A DNA stretch of 63,875 nucleotides, filler included, from Octopus bimaculoides (taxonomy: Eukaryota), in assembly GCF_001194135.2 (NCBI RefSeq). It is 7 parts of 6 records of this genome, joined end to end, with 100 filler letters (N's around TTAATTAATTAA, not from the genome) between each part and the next. Parts side by side here need not be neighbours in the genome. Positions count along the whole stretch, not along the records: positions 1 to 19,164 come from NC_069009.1; 6 more parts are not named here. One strand, 5' to 3'. The translations under genes were made by a program, and so were the position numbers. Positions 1-11,154 of this stretch are shown one piece after another. Under the pieces are notes generated by a model. That model saw only the letters and a list, made by a program, of their open reading frames with translations. It was not told the DNA's origin and ran no database searches. Numbering within the stretch: position 1 is the first letter of the stretch; each line of letters begins with the position of its first letter.

Positions 1-1188
1 GGTGAGACTCAAATATAAGCCTTGTCAAACAAATCTATGAATTACAACTTGCTGCTCACATGATATATCAAGGAAAGTATGAATAAAGGATTCAGCAAGA
101 ATGGTTCACTGACCAGTCGAATGTTAATACTTGGTGGCTGTCCAAAATTACATCGGTTTCAGTTCAATCTTCATTCACTCGATCACTGCCATTTTCTGTA
201 AACTTTTCCCGGTAGTCACAGTAAATGACCACCTGGTACACAATAAAGTGTGGTGCCTCAGAGTATGGCAATAAATAGTGTTGAGGGTGAGCGATGAAAG
301 AATTGAATGGTGTGAAATGGAATTGAAATGGAGTTGAAGTAAGGGGTAGCGTCAATGCAGGAAGAGAAAGAGGCAAAGATATATAGAGAAAGAGAAAGAG
401 AGAGACAGATAGATAGGGATTTATGGCAATGGTAACCCACACATACACTGGTAACGCACACATACACACACACACGTATATATCTAAGAACAGAGATTAA
501 CATTAACAGGTCATTTTATTCCCACCAGTCAGTTTTGTTAATTCCGCAAAAAGGTAGGTTAAAACTTCTATCATTGATACAAAGGCATTGGCATCTCAGA
601 AGATTCACTGAATATTTTTTGTTTCTTTTTGAGCATATGTTCTGAAAATTTATACTGAAATCTTTCTGAAGAAATTGTTGAAAAAAGTTGCTTGAACTGA
701 AATCACTCCGTGTTTGATTCAAGTTAAAAAAGTTCGTCAATATTCAGAGGAATATTTCAAATTTGGTTTTATACCCGCTATCCACGATAAACTGTCTCCA
801 ACCTACGGGCGAAAAACTCGAATCTTGTGAATTTAAAAAAGAAAATTGTTTCCGGGTAATATTGTAAACATTAACCCACGTTTTAAGATCTTGCCGAGTG
901 ATACTTAATTCTTAGTATTTACAGTTACATGTGAGTAACGTTTCAGTAGCTCTGACAATGTGTTCGTTATACTTTTTAATGTTCTTCTTTTATTCATTCC
1001 TATTTGTTAGTCTCAGATAAAAACAATATGTATTTGAATGTTTGTCAGAAAGTTTAGTTATTTTTATACCTCACGCTGTGTAAATAAGATACAAATATTG
1101 TCATCATATACAATCACCTGTCTCACTATTATGATTATATTTTCATACTATTCTATTTAAATAATAAATATCTAATTCAAATCTGTCC

Positions 1189-3411
1189 ATGGAAGAAGAC
1201 CGTTCTAATCATAGAAGAACTGCAAAATGTTTGAGACAGCAATTACGAAGATTGAGGCAAACTCCAGAACAGAAAGTAGAGCATGGTAAATGGAAAGACA
1301 GAAAGACGGCGTCAGTTCCGTTTAGCGCCGTCACGGGAGCGAAGAAATCAAATTTTAGAACAAGATGCTGCTCAGCATAGAAATGCAAGACAAGAACGAC
1401 CACAAGAACAACGTGAACAGATTTTAGAACAAAATGCAACACAACAAAGAAGACGTCGGCAAATCAATAATAGGATGACTCTTAATATAGTTCAACAATA
1501 TGATATAGATGGACGTCTACAGGTTCCCTTTGACGTCGCTCGCCATAGTTGCAGCTTCATGGAAGTGCGTTGCCACTAATAAAATGCTTTGATGTTTATT
1601 GGAGAGAGTACAGGAGGAACAATGAACAATCCCAGTTGTGGTATATGCTGTAAATCAGGAAAGATTAAAATTGAAAATATCCCCGAGTTACCGAACGAAG
1701 TTGCTTATCTTTTGCATTCTAATGCGGCGAGCTGGCAGAAACGTTAGCATGTTGGGTGAAATGCTTAGCGTTATTTATTTCGTCTACCAAATGTAATATT
1801 CAAAGGTTCAACAGCGCAATGGCAATGTGTTATGAAAGTAGACGACACTTCAATACTGAGAGGAATTACAAATTACAGAATACATGGAATTGTTTATAGA
1901 TTTATTGGAGCTCCTAGAAACCAAATAGGAACAGTCCGGTATAGCTTACAAACGTATTTCTATGGTCATGAAGAACAAATAAGAAAACGAATTCAAAGAA
2001 TGCCGCTTAACAATGCAAACCAAGCCTTCGATATCAACATATTTAGAGAAATTCATTCTGCGATATGTGCTGGAAATATTTACAATCATTTCTATCCGTG
2101 CAGGAGCAAACTGAGGCTGGAAATATTCCTGCTGATGTGTCAGTAGGTTTACATGCGGATAAAACGCCTTACGGGGAACACTTCTAATGAACTTGCTAAA
2201 TAATCTTGATGAGAAAACGAATTGTTCAGAACGAATGGTCGTAATACAATTCAGAGCAGAGAATAACAAAAAATATTTACAAAACTTTTCAGTGACTCGC
2301 ATCGATCATATGGCACAATGATATACCCATGTTTCTTTTTCTTGTGGCCTAGATGGTTAGTNNNNNNNNNNATCCGTCTACGATATGTTAGTAACAATCA
2401 AGCAAACTTAAGAGCAGATTTATACAATGCACTACAAGATGCTATACTTGCAGGGGATACTGATCGTACAGGTAGTAGATATATATTGTCAAGTTTATTT
2501 ACAGGAAGTCCGCGATATATGGCAAATCACTACCAGGATGTAATGGCCATAGTTAGAATGTTTGGCAAAACTACTGTGTTTCTGACGTTTACATGCAACT
2601 CCAAATGGTATGAAATAGTTAAATAGCTTTCTGTGGGCCAGACTGCAGTTTGCGCGACAAGATATCACTGCAAGCGAATTTTAATTAAAGCAACGCTAAC
2701 TATTGCACGTATCAAATCGGGAGTCCTTGGGAAACTTATTGCTCATTTGAACGCAGTGGAATTTCAAAAGAAAGAGGATTATCACATCTTTTAATCATAA
2801 TACAAAATCATCACAATGCATGGCAAGAAATAGATAATATTGTTACAGCTGAACTTCCTAATCCCGAAAAAACCCATTAACGTCACATCTTTATTCCCCG
2901 ATGGAGAAACACATGATACATGGACCCTGCGGAAAAGATAATTTAAATTCTCTCTGCATGATGAATGGGGTTTGCAGTAAAAGATATCTAAATGATTACA
3001 GATCACAAACCTTAATTGGAAATGATTTTTATCCACAATATCGTCGCCGAAACCCTCGAGATGGTGGCTTCACAACTTCAATACGTATTGGAAATAGAGA
3101 AATTGTTGTTCATAACCGTTATATAATTCCTTATAATGCTTGGTTGTTGCAGAAGTACGATGCTCATATAAATTTTAAATGGTGTGCATCTGCTCAGGCT
3201 GTCAAATTTCTTTACAAGTACATTTTCAAAGGTGCAACGTTGTTTTTTACAAAGACAAGAAGATGACGTGCATCTTAATGTTGGCTACAAAAATCAAATA
3301 GATGAAATTTCGAATTACGAAAATTACCGCTATATTGGAGCGTCGGAGGCTTGCTGGAGATTATTTGAGTTTCCAATTCAGCAAAGGCAGCCTGATGTTG
3401 AATGCATGTGA
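1189..3411 (+). mobile_element. Degenerate Helitron Rep/helicase gene (N-terminal repeats, Zn-finger-like region and Rep domain; truncated before the helicase)
   Basis: Fragmented ORFs give charged repeats (EQILEQ...RRR), then CH..ALMFIGE...CCKSGKI. They continue with IRLRYVSNNQANLRADLYNALQD...FTGSPRYM...YQDVMAIVRMFGKTTVFLTFTCN (Rep motif I), a frameshifted VEFQK/GLSH (motif II, about 2755-2790), MIHGPCG...YPQYRRR...HIN...FLYKYIFKG (motif III) and DEISNYENYRYIGASEACWRLFEF. Many stops and frameshifts. Confidence 0.93.
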
Positions 3412-3699
3412 ATATACGTACATATATCTGTCTATATATCAATATGCGTATATATTTTTGAAGGTATGTATTTATGAATGTTTGCGTGTATATTTCACAT
3501 ATCTTTCTATATGTACTTGTACTGCTACTTACGCCACCGTTAGCTCCCGGTGGGTGAGCGGTGGAGAGTGTCAAGGCTGCACATGCTGTATGTGATGAAA
3601 GATCTGTCCTGGATAACACTACAACGCCTCACTATGATAAGTGGCAAGGAAGTTAGGAAGTTACTGACCCAGAATGAAGTGTATGTCTTACTAATTTCA

Positions 3700-4020
3700 T
3701 ACTTATAGACAGTCTTTGAATAGATGTCTAACAAAATGGTTACTGTTATCAAAGACAGTTGCAGCAGCATCAGTGCACTTCCTCCATCCTGCCGTGTGAT
3801 GTGTAGTCTATCTATATCTGCGTTTGTAAGACGCATGTGGTGCAATGTTAGATAATTGCATTTTTTGTATCAATTGTACAGATCTCAGTGACGGACCATT
3901 TTATACTATCAAAGCTGCAGGCTACAAGAGGAATAGATGACGTATTCATTGCATCAGCCTTATTTCCGCATGAGAATTCGATATTATGTGTTGAGCCCAC
4001 TTGATCAGAACATTGACGAC
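3700..4020 (-). mobile_element. R4/Dong-like non-LTR retrotransposon fragment (post-RT region)
   Basis: Joined frames read GNKADAMNTSSIPLVACSFDSIKWSVTEICTIDTK / MHHMRLTNADIDRLHITRQDGGSAL, resembling the AINT.AIP..Y...I.W....LDRK...MH...ADIDRLY..R..GGRGL block of R4-clade RLE elements. Confidence 0.7.
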
Positions 4021-4254
4021 AATCCAAAATGATACTGATTTTGAGTTCGTGCTCCAACGCTGGATCTCTGCAATTTACGTCAAAATTTGTCCGGTGCTAA
4101 GAGTAAAGGATCACCTATTAGAATCGTTCAGATGGACAATTAGGAGGAAGAGTAGTCAAATAGACGTAAGTGGTAGTGAGTTGAACATTCAGGCCATCAT
4201 AAACTTTTTTTGAATTCCATTTGAAAAGACTGAGATGGATACGCTGCCCGCCGT

Positions 4255-4879
4255 TCAAATAAGTTTGTTGCAAAGTGGGTGAATGTGGCGAGAAAGGCTA
4301 CGATGGCACCTATAGTCTAAGTAGGATGGATGCGGAGGAAGTACTTGTGATTGTACAGTTGGTAGATAGGATGCCTTGTGAGGTGTGGGATCAGTCTGTG
4401 AGAATGTGTAGTTATTCGCTTTGAGAAGCTGTTGCACTACATGAACTCCTCCGACCCTAAACACTTTTAGACTACCATTGAAGTCAGAGCAAGAATAGCC
4501 GTGGCAGTCCTTGTTGTCGTATATGAGCGTTGTATCTGATGAAGGAGTAGACCTGGTTAACACTACGTCACCTCACTATGACAAAATGCAAGGAAGTGAT
4601 AGGAGGTTGCTGATCCAGAATGTTATATTGCAATACTACACAGTGGGTGTGTGAGCTATCTCATCCTCGTCGCCACTGTTATATCGCACGTGCGGATGAC
4701 CTGTAGCCAACTCTCACTTCCAACGACATGACTCTACCGAACTCGACGTCTAGTCTACCGACGGCTCCGTCTCGCTCTTCCGCTCTTCCGCACTTCCGTT
4801 CTTCCGCTCTGCTTGACGCTTTTCGTCTAGCTATTTATACGTATTGGACTAGCCTCATTATCGCCTGGAGGCGTATACA
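4255..4879 (-). mobile_element. 5' end of a Ty3/Gypsy (Mag-like) LTR retrotransposon: LTR, PBS, leader and decayed gag start
   Basis: On the minus strand an approx. 203-bp TGTA...ACA segment (4879-4677) contains TATAAATAG and is followed after 1 nt by TGGCGACGAGGAT (4675-4663), a typical Gypsy primer-binding site. The downstream ORF 4255-4563 has DFNGSLKVF...QQLLKANN...KASYL, like Mag-type gag N-termini. No pol or second LTR seen. Confidence 0.7.
4663..4675 (-). promoter_or_regulatory. Primer-binding site of the Gypsy element
   Basis: TGGCGACGAGGAT immediately inside the LTR terminal CA. Confidence 0.7.
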
Positions 4880-4949
4880 CAACCCAAAATGAAGTGCGAG
4901 CTTCTATACTCTTACCTTAAAATCACCAAGAATAATAGCTTTATCAACT

Positions 4950-5495
4950 TCAGAAATATTCCAATCAACTTCTTTCAGAGACATGTAGAAGGAAATGTTT
5001 ACAGTTTCAGACGAACACATGGAGCTGAAACACTAACAAGAGTTACATGGTGGTCATTGATCAACGTAAGTCTCATGTATATTTATCTGTCACTAACTAC
5101 TCCAGGAAGTTCTTTTAGGCCTGCAGATATTCCCACCTCAAAAGTCGCACGAAACTGCTTTTTATACACCTCCTCTTTACCACTCCAGTAAAAAGTATAA
5201 CCACTAGCCTCTTGTGTAAAATGACCGTCACTTGCAAACCTTGTTTCTGAGAGTACTGCATTATCCAGATTATTGCGCTGTGTCCCTTTTCCTACAAGTG
5301 CAGATATTATTTCAGTATATGTTGTTGATTCATTGTCCAGAAGAGTACCGATATTCCAGCAGCTGATATTCATAAGCTTACATTTTCTTCAGTCACAGGA
5401 AGAAGAATGGACCTGGAGTGTAGCGATCCAGGACACCTGCCGAATCAGACCCTTTCATAGTTCGTTCCAGAGCCCCTATTACCATTTATTCTAAC
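4950..5495 (-). mobile_element. RTE (BovB-like) LINE 5' fragment, AP-endonuclease N-terminus
   Basis: ORF 5083-5373: MNISCWNIGTLLD...LDNAVLSETRFASDG...SGYTFYWSG...LPGVVSDR, matching the WNVRTL / ALSETR / GYTFFWSG motifs. The 5' UTR may extend to about 5990. Confidence 0.88.
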
Positions 5496-6652
5496 ATTGT
5501 CATTACTGTTATTACCTTGCATTGAATATAGTCTTCTTTTCTAGGCTACACCCAGCCATTCAAAAGAAGAAAAAAAAGAAAAGAAAGGTGGAGGTGCAGA
5601 TGTGCCTAGCAATGCCAGCGTATGAATGATTTTTAAAGTGAGGAGAGATCTTGCACACAATTAATCTAACTCCCTAAACAACGATGATAGATACATCAAG
5701 AAGAACGACTAGCCAACATTACAGGCTACCTGTCGGGTCACAGGTATTGCATCAAATTTTTCCTTCTCCATGAGTGGTTTCCTAAGAAGGAATGGAGATT
5801 TCTCATTCCGAGCAATATGGTACACCAGGCCTACATTCAAATTCTCATGGTTCTCTACTAACTGAACCCGCTGTGTCCGACGTTAAAGAGAATGCCAATC
5901 CTCTGTATAACCACTGTGTTATCTGCACCAAAGCCACTAGCTTGTCGATGATTGTTACGAAAGCAACCGCTGTCCGTAAGAAATAACAGGATTAAGCGTG
6001 TGTACACATAACAAGTTTTGGTTTTCATTCTGCAGGCTGCCTAATCACCTTCTTCATTAAGCAAGCTTAGCAGAGTTGTCAGTTTAGTCACTGAGGGTAC
6101 GAGGACACGACCATGTCTCGGTTTGTACTGAGTTAATGTTACCAGTATCACTCACAAGTGGCATGACACACACACACGCACATACACACACACACACATC
6201 CACACGCATACGTAGCTCGAAGTGACAAGTCAAAAATTTGGAAAGTTGAAGACTCTCCGAGTATTCCTGACCTGCCAGACGGCGTCCTTATCGCAGTCGT
6301 GGAATGCATGCGTAAGCAGAATAGCAAAGAATACTAAAAATAGTGTGGGAGTAGGTACATCGCCTTGTCAGTCGGAATTTCATGAAACAATCTTCTTTTC
6401 AAGACAACCCGAACCTTCGTGTCTTGGTGCAACCGCTTAAACTTGTGAATTATAGATTCCATATAAGTCAGTATGTATTGAGAAACAGCTTACTTGACTT
6501 CACAGCAAGTAACATATCGACTTGTTTTACTACAACATAACATGGTGTTTAAACCTGTGAGATTTACTCCATAAGATGTTTGTTGAGAACATAACCAATA
6601 AGAGTTTAATATATTTAATGTGAAAGATATATAAATTTTTTCTAATACTTAC

Positions 6653-6834
6653 AAGAATTGAACATCATGGGGAATATTTGGTGGAACAGTAGTGAGACTG
6701 AGATAACGACAATCTACATTACCAAATTGACATTTACATGCATTGCAAAGGTCTGAAACAGCATGGGTCTCCCACAATAATCTCATGTACAGTATCAACA
6801 CAAAAGTTAGCAAAGCTTGACATTTTTGCTCCAT
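6653..6834 (-). CDS. First coding exon of a host secreted or cell-surface leucine-rich-repeat protein (signal peptide + LRRNT)
   Basis: MEQKCQALLTFVLILYMRLLWETHA-VSDLCNACKCQFGNVDCRYLSLTTVPPNIPHDVQFL: hydrophobic leader, then C..C.C....VDC....LTTVP..IP. Acceptor ttttcttcttttacag (AG at 6856-6855), 20-nt UTR, Kozak-like GAAAACATGG, donor GTAAGT at 6652 in phase 2 inside the first LRR leucine. Confidence 0.88.
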
Positions 6835-7360
6835 GTTTTCAGGTGTCGATTAATCTGTAAAAGAAGAAAATACAAAATATCAGACACTCCAATATTATTT
6901 CATTCATGCTTCAGATTCTTCGAAGGACAAAGATGTCCCCCGTCATAATTAAAATTAAAAAAACGCTGATTCTCGATCAATCAATACGAAGAGCTTAATT
7001 ATAGCTTTACTGAATGATGATATCAAATAAAGACTGAAGCTATATCNNNNNNNNNNNNNNNNNNNNNNNNNNNNNNNNNNNNNNNNNNNNNNNNNNNNNN
7101 NNNNNNNNNNNNNNNNNNNNNNNNNNNNNNNNNNNNNNNNNNNNNNNNNNNNNNNNNNNNNNNNNNNNNNNNNNNNNNNNNNNNNNNNNNNNNNNNNNNN
7201 NNNNNNNNNNNNNNNNNNNNNNNNNNNNNNNNNNNNNNNNNNNNNNNNNNNNNNNNNNNNNNNNNNNNNNNNNAATATACAATTAAACCTTGGGAGAGGC
7301 ATTATGCCGGTAATAAACACACGCACTTGTTCAGTCCTTTATTAATTTATATAGTTTTTT

Positions 7361-7401
7361 GTTAAATTATTTCATTGCACTCTTGCAATCTCTTCAGTAA
7401 C
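7361..7401 (-). ncRNA. Putative minimal type-I hammerhead ribozyme (copy 1)
   Basis: GUUA-CUGAAGA-G-AUUGCA(AGAG)UGCAAU-GAAA-UAAUU-UAAC: 4-bp stem I, core, 6-bp stem II, vestigial stem III. Extra G after A9; predicted cleavage triplet AUU. Activity untested. Confidence 0.5.
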
Positions 7402-7471
7402 TTGTCTCTCCACTTCCATTTATTTTGAATGTATGATCTGGCGTTGTTTTGGCGTTGTTTCGAAACTGTTT

Positions 7472-7723
7472 GGTATGAGCATGTGAGTGTGTGCAAGCTC
7501 GTATGTGTGCACGCTCATATGTGTGCACGCACTTATGTGTTCGTGCTTATATGTAAGTGTGTGCGTCCATATGTGTGTTTGTAACAATTTCGTTTATATC
7601 AGATCAGATAGAGACTTTGGACTTCTTTCTTCCTTCGGTATGAGCATGTAAGTGTGTGCAAGCTCATATGTGTGCATGGTCATATGTGTGCACGCACTTA
7701 TGTGTTCGTGCTTATATGTAAGT
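7472..7723. repeat. Direct repeat of about 87 bp (7472-7558 and 7637-7723)
   Basis: Both start ggtatgagcatgt and end gtgcttatatgtaagt, with few mismatches. Confidence 0.9.
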
Positions 7724-8484
7724 ATTTACGTTCATATTCCGCATCATATGTGTGAACAACACATGCAACCATGGGCAATTGTAAGGCTCTCATGTACGTG
7801 TATTTGGTGTTCAAAACTGGTCGCGTTTCAGTTATGAGGACCGACTCCTGTATTTGTCGCAACGATGCGTCACCAGGGTGTCTAGACAAGATTTCTATGC
7901 TAATTCGGTCCAGTACACCACCATGTTGGTCTTTGGCATGCTGGTAGAGCACCGAGGTTTGTTTTTGATTATTATAGTCCCTCCAATGTTNNNNNNNNNN
8001 NNNNNNNNNNNNNNNNNNNNNNNNNNNNNNNNNNNNNNNNNNNNNNNNNNNNNNNNNNNNNNNNNNNNNNNNNNNNNNNNNNNNNNNNNNNNNNNNNNNN
8101 NNNNNNNNNNNNNNNNNNNNNNNNNNNNNNNNNNNNNNNNNNNNNNNNNNNNNNNNNNNNNNNNNNNNNNNNNNNNNNNNNNNNNNNNNNNNNNNNNNNN
8201 NNNNNNNNNNNNNNNNNNNNNNNNNNNNNNNNNNNNNNNNNNNNNNNNNNNNNNNNNNNNNNNNNNNNNNNNNNNNNNNNNNNNNNNNNNNNNNNNNNNN
8301 NNNNNNNNNNNNNNNNNNNNNNNNNNNNNNNNNNNNNNNNNNNNNNNNNNNNNNNNNNNNNNNNNNNNNNNNNNNNNNNNNNNNNNNNNNNNNNNNNNNN
8401 NNNNNNNNNNNNNNNNNNNNNNNNNNNNNNNNNNNNNNNNNNNNNNNNNNNNNNNNNNNNNNNNNNNNNNNNNNGGAGAGACAA

Positions 8485-8525
8485 GTTACTGAAGAGATTG
8501 CAAGAGTGCAATGAAATAATTTAAC
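8485..8525 (+). ncRNA. Putative minimal type-I hammerhead ribozyme (copy 2, inverted arm)
   Basis: Sequence identical to copy 1, on the opposite strand. Confidence 0.5.
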
Positions 8526-8974
8526 AAAAAACTATATAAATGAATAAAGGACTGAACCAGTGCGTGTGTTTATTACCGGCATAATGCCTCTCCCAAGGTT
8601 TAATTGTATTTCTTTCAACACACGTATCCACATCAAGAATGTTGCACACGAAATACACATACGAAATATGTATAAATATACTTTTCTATCAATTTCTATC
8701 TATCTATCTGTCTATCTATCTTGACTGTCTTTCAGTTTGTCAGCCTACGTGCCTGTCTGCTTGATTGCCTGCATATCTGGCTGATATTTATCTTCTGTCT
8801 GTCTAGTTATCTATCTACATATGTTTGTTTGTTGCCTGTCTGCCAACCTCCCTATCTCATTTATACCTTGTAGCCTCAGTGTTCTTCAAGGTAGATGGGC
8901 TCCGTCGCACACAAAAATAAAATCCATGACAAATCACTGTATATTCCTACAATACCTATAACATCTCTTTATTT

Positions 8975-9957
8975 CCATTTTCTATGCGAAAAATCTTTTG
9001 TGGTTGTCTTCAAACTGTATCGTCTTTTGGACAATGCTATCTGCACCCCAAAACAAAAGACACAGAGTACTTAATATTTCATGGGCCACTCTGATTCTGA
9101 GGTACTTAACTTTCAGTCACAATTTAATGAATGACCTCTTTCATGAACAATTAGAGACCATCAAGCTCAAACATAATATAAGAGCTACAGCGATTTTTGG
9201 AAGTGTCGGTAAGTCTTCCATGAACACATTACTACAATCTCAGGGGGAAAGTGTTGATGAGTTTTACAGATTCAGATCTTATTTCTGTATCAAGTAAACT
9301 ACATAGATTCAATATAACTTTGATTTTGTCACACACCTGCTGATAGGCTGCTCTGAGTTTTTTGAGTTTTCGAAAAAAGCAACAAATAACTGAGATCAGA
9401 TGACATTGAATATCTAAGATCTGAAATGTTCTCTTGCAGAAAGAACAACACCCACTGAGGCTGATACAGGATCTACATAATGCTTGTTTCTCTTTCTTGG
9501 CCTACCTATTGTTACTATATGGTCTGTGTTTCCATGTGTTATAGGAATCCAGCGAACACCCTCCATACTTATTCCGAACTGATTTCAAAAAGGTTCCCAA
9601 AAAATCAGTTAGGTCCATCACGTTAGCCAAATCTCCTTCAACTCTTTTAAAAGTTCTATTTTTATTATTTAACCGTACATGAATTATATTTCAAATCTTC
9701 GCTATCAGATCATTTTCAAGACAATTCATTTTGTCTGCCAATGTCCGAGCTTCATATATTCCATCAGGTATTTGTTCCAAATCATCTTCAATATTTCTCA
9801 GTAGATTCTGAATGTAGTTATATCCATCAACAAGTACTTCAGTAGCACCCGCTCTTACTGACCAACGATTTTCTGACAAGAAATTAACTGTTAGTTTTCT
9901 TTTATTTCCTTCCAAAGATTTCATTAAATCTTGCCATCTGTGTGTCTACGCAGATAA
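8975..9957 (-). mobile_element. hAT transposase pseudogene, C-terminal half (ZMYM1/Tip100-like)
   Basis: LSA*THRWQDLMKSL...LSENRWSVRAGATEVLVDGY...EARTLADKMNCLE, and a dimerisation-domain remnant LPKIAVAL...LMVSNCS*KRSFIKL...LSTL. Confidence 0.85.
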
Positions 9958-10579
9958 NNNNNNNNNNNNNNNNNNNNNNNNNNNNNNNNNNNNNNNNNNN
10001 NNNNNNNNNNNNNNNNNNNNNNNNNNNNNNNNNNNNNNNNNNNNNNNNNNNNNNNNNNNNNNNNNNNNNNNNNNNNNNNNNNNNNNNNNNNNNNNNNNNN
10101 NNNNNNNNNNNNNNNNNNNNNNNNNNNNNNNNNNNNNNNNNNNNNNNNNNNNNNNNNNNNNNNNNNNNNNNNNNNNNNNNNNNNNNNNNNNNNNNNNNNN
10201 NNNNNNNNNNNNNNNNNNNNNNNNNNNNNNNNNNNNNNNNNNNNNNNNNNNNNNNNNNNNNNNNNNNNNNNNNNNNNNNNNNNNNNNNNNNNNNNNNNNN
10301 NNNNNNNNNNNNNNNNNNNNNNNNNNNNNNNNNNNNNNNNNNNNNNNNNNNNNNNNNNNNNNNNNNNNNNNNNNNNNNNNNNNNNNNNNNNNNNNNNNNN
10401 NNNNNNNNNNNNNNNNNNNNNNNNNNNNNNNNNNNNNNNNNNNNNNNNNNNNNNNNNNNNNNNNNNNNNNNNNNNNNNNNNNNNNNNNNNNNNNNNNNNN
10501 NNNNNNNNNNNNNNNNNNNNNNNNNNNNNNNNNNNNNNNNNNNNNNNNNNNNNNNNNNNNNNNNNNNNNNNNNNNNNNN

Positions 10580-11152
10580 GAAGCTGATGAAGAGAATTTT
10601 GTTGCTTGTTTCATTACAATGGACGAAAGTTGGGTCCACCACTACCAGTCTGAATCCAAAGAACAATCAAAGCAGTGAAAAGGACCACACCGTGACAGGG
10701 CTGTATTATTCTCAGCTAGTGAAACACCTCCGAGAAGTAATCAAAGAAAAAAGGCCGGGAATGCTCACCAGGGGAGTCCTTTTTCATCACGACAATGCTC
10801 CAGCCCACACCTCAGTAGTTGCTATGGCAACAATTCGTAATTGTGGATACGAACTTGTTCCCCATCCGCCTTATTCGCCAGACTTAGCTCCCTCTGACTT
10901 TCATCTATTTCCAAAAAGAAAAAAGGCCTAGCTGGTCGCCATTTTGCCAGTGACAATGATATCATAGACGCTGTAGGAGGTTTCTTGGAGTTTCAAACAA
11001 AGGAGTTCTTCTACGCCGGGATAATGGCGCTTCAACACTGCTGGAGAAAGTGTCCAGCCATCGAGTGGGACTATGTTGAAAAATAAATCATCAGAAGTCT
11101 TGTACCATGTTTTGTTTTCTTTTGACGCTCAAAACTTTTCATACACCCCTCG
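10580..11152 (+). mobile_element. Mariner transposon, 3' half (5' half in gap), inserted in the hAT
   Basis: YYSQLVKHLREVIKEKRPGMLTRGVLFHHDNAPAHTS...PHPPYSPDLAPSDFHLFPK. Right TIR aaaacttttcatacacccctcg followed by TA at 11153-11154. Confidence 0.93.
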
Positions 11153-11154
11153 TA

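Larger units (their letters stand above)
7277..8609 (-). mobile_element. Penelope-like element remnant: GIY-YIG C-terminal part flanked by inverted pLTR-like arms
   Basis: Minus-strand HWRDYNNQKQTSVLYQHAKDQH...ILSRH...RQIQESVLITETRPVLNTK (about 7795-7990). Arms 7277-7411 and 8475-8609 are reverse complements with 2 mismatches in 135 bp. The interior is partly gap. Confidence 0.72.

Noticed and set aside
1-6650. Search for downstream LRR exons (about 72 nt, phase 2) of the host gene
   Set aside because: No LxxLxLxxN frame with splice sites was found by eye; the small ORFs at 164-740 show no LRR pattern.
10580-10931. SETMAR-like host gene
   Set aside because: There is no SET domain; it has a TIR plus TA duplication and frameshifts, so it is an ordinary mariner copy.
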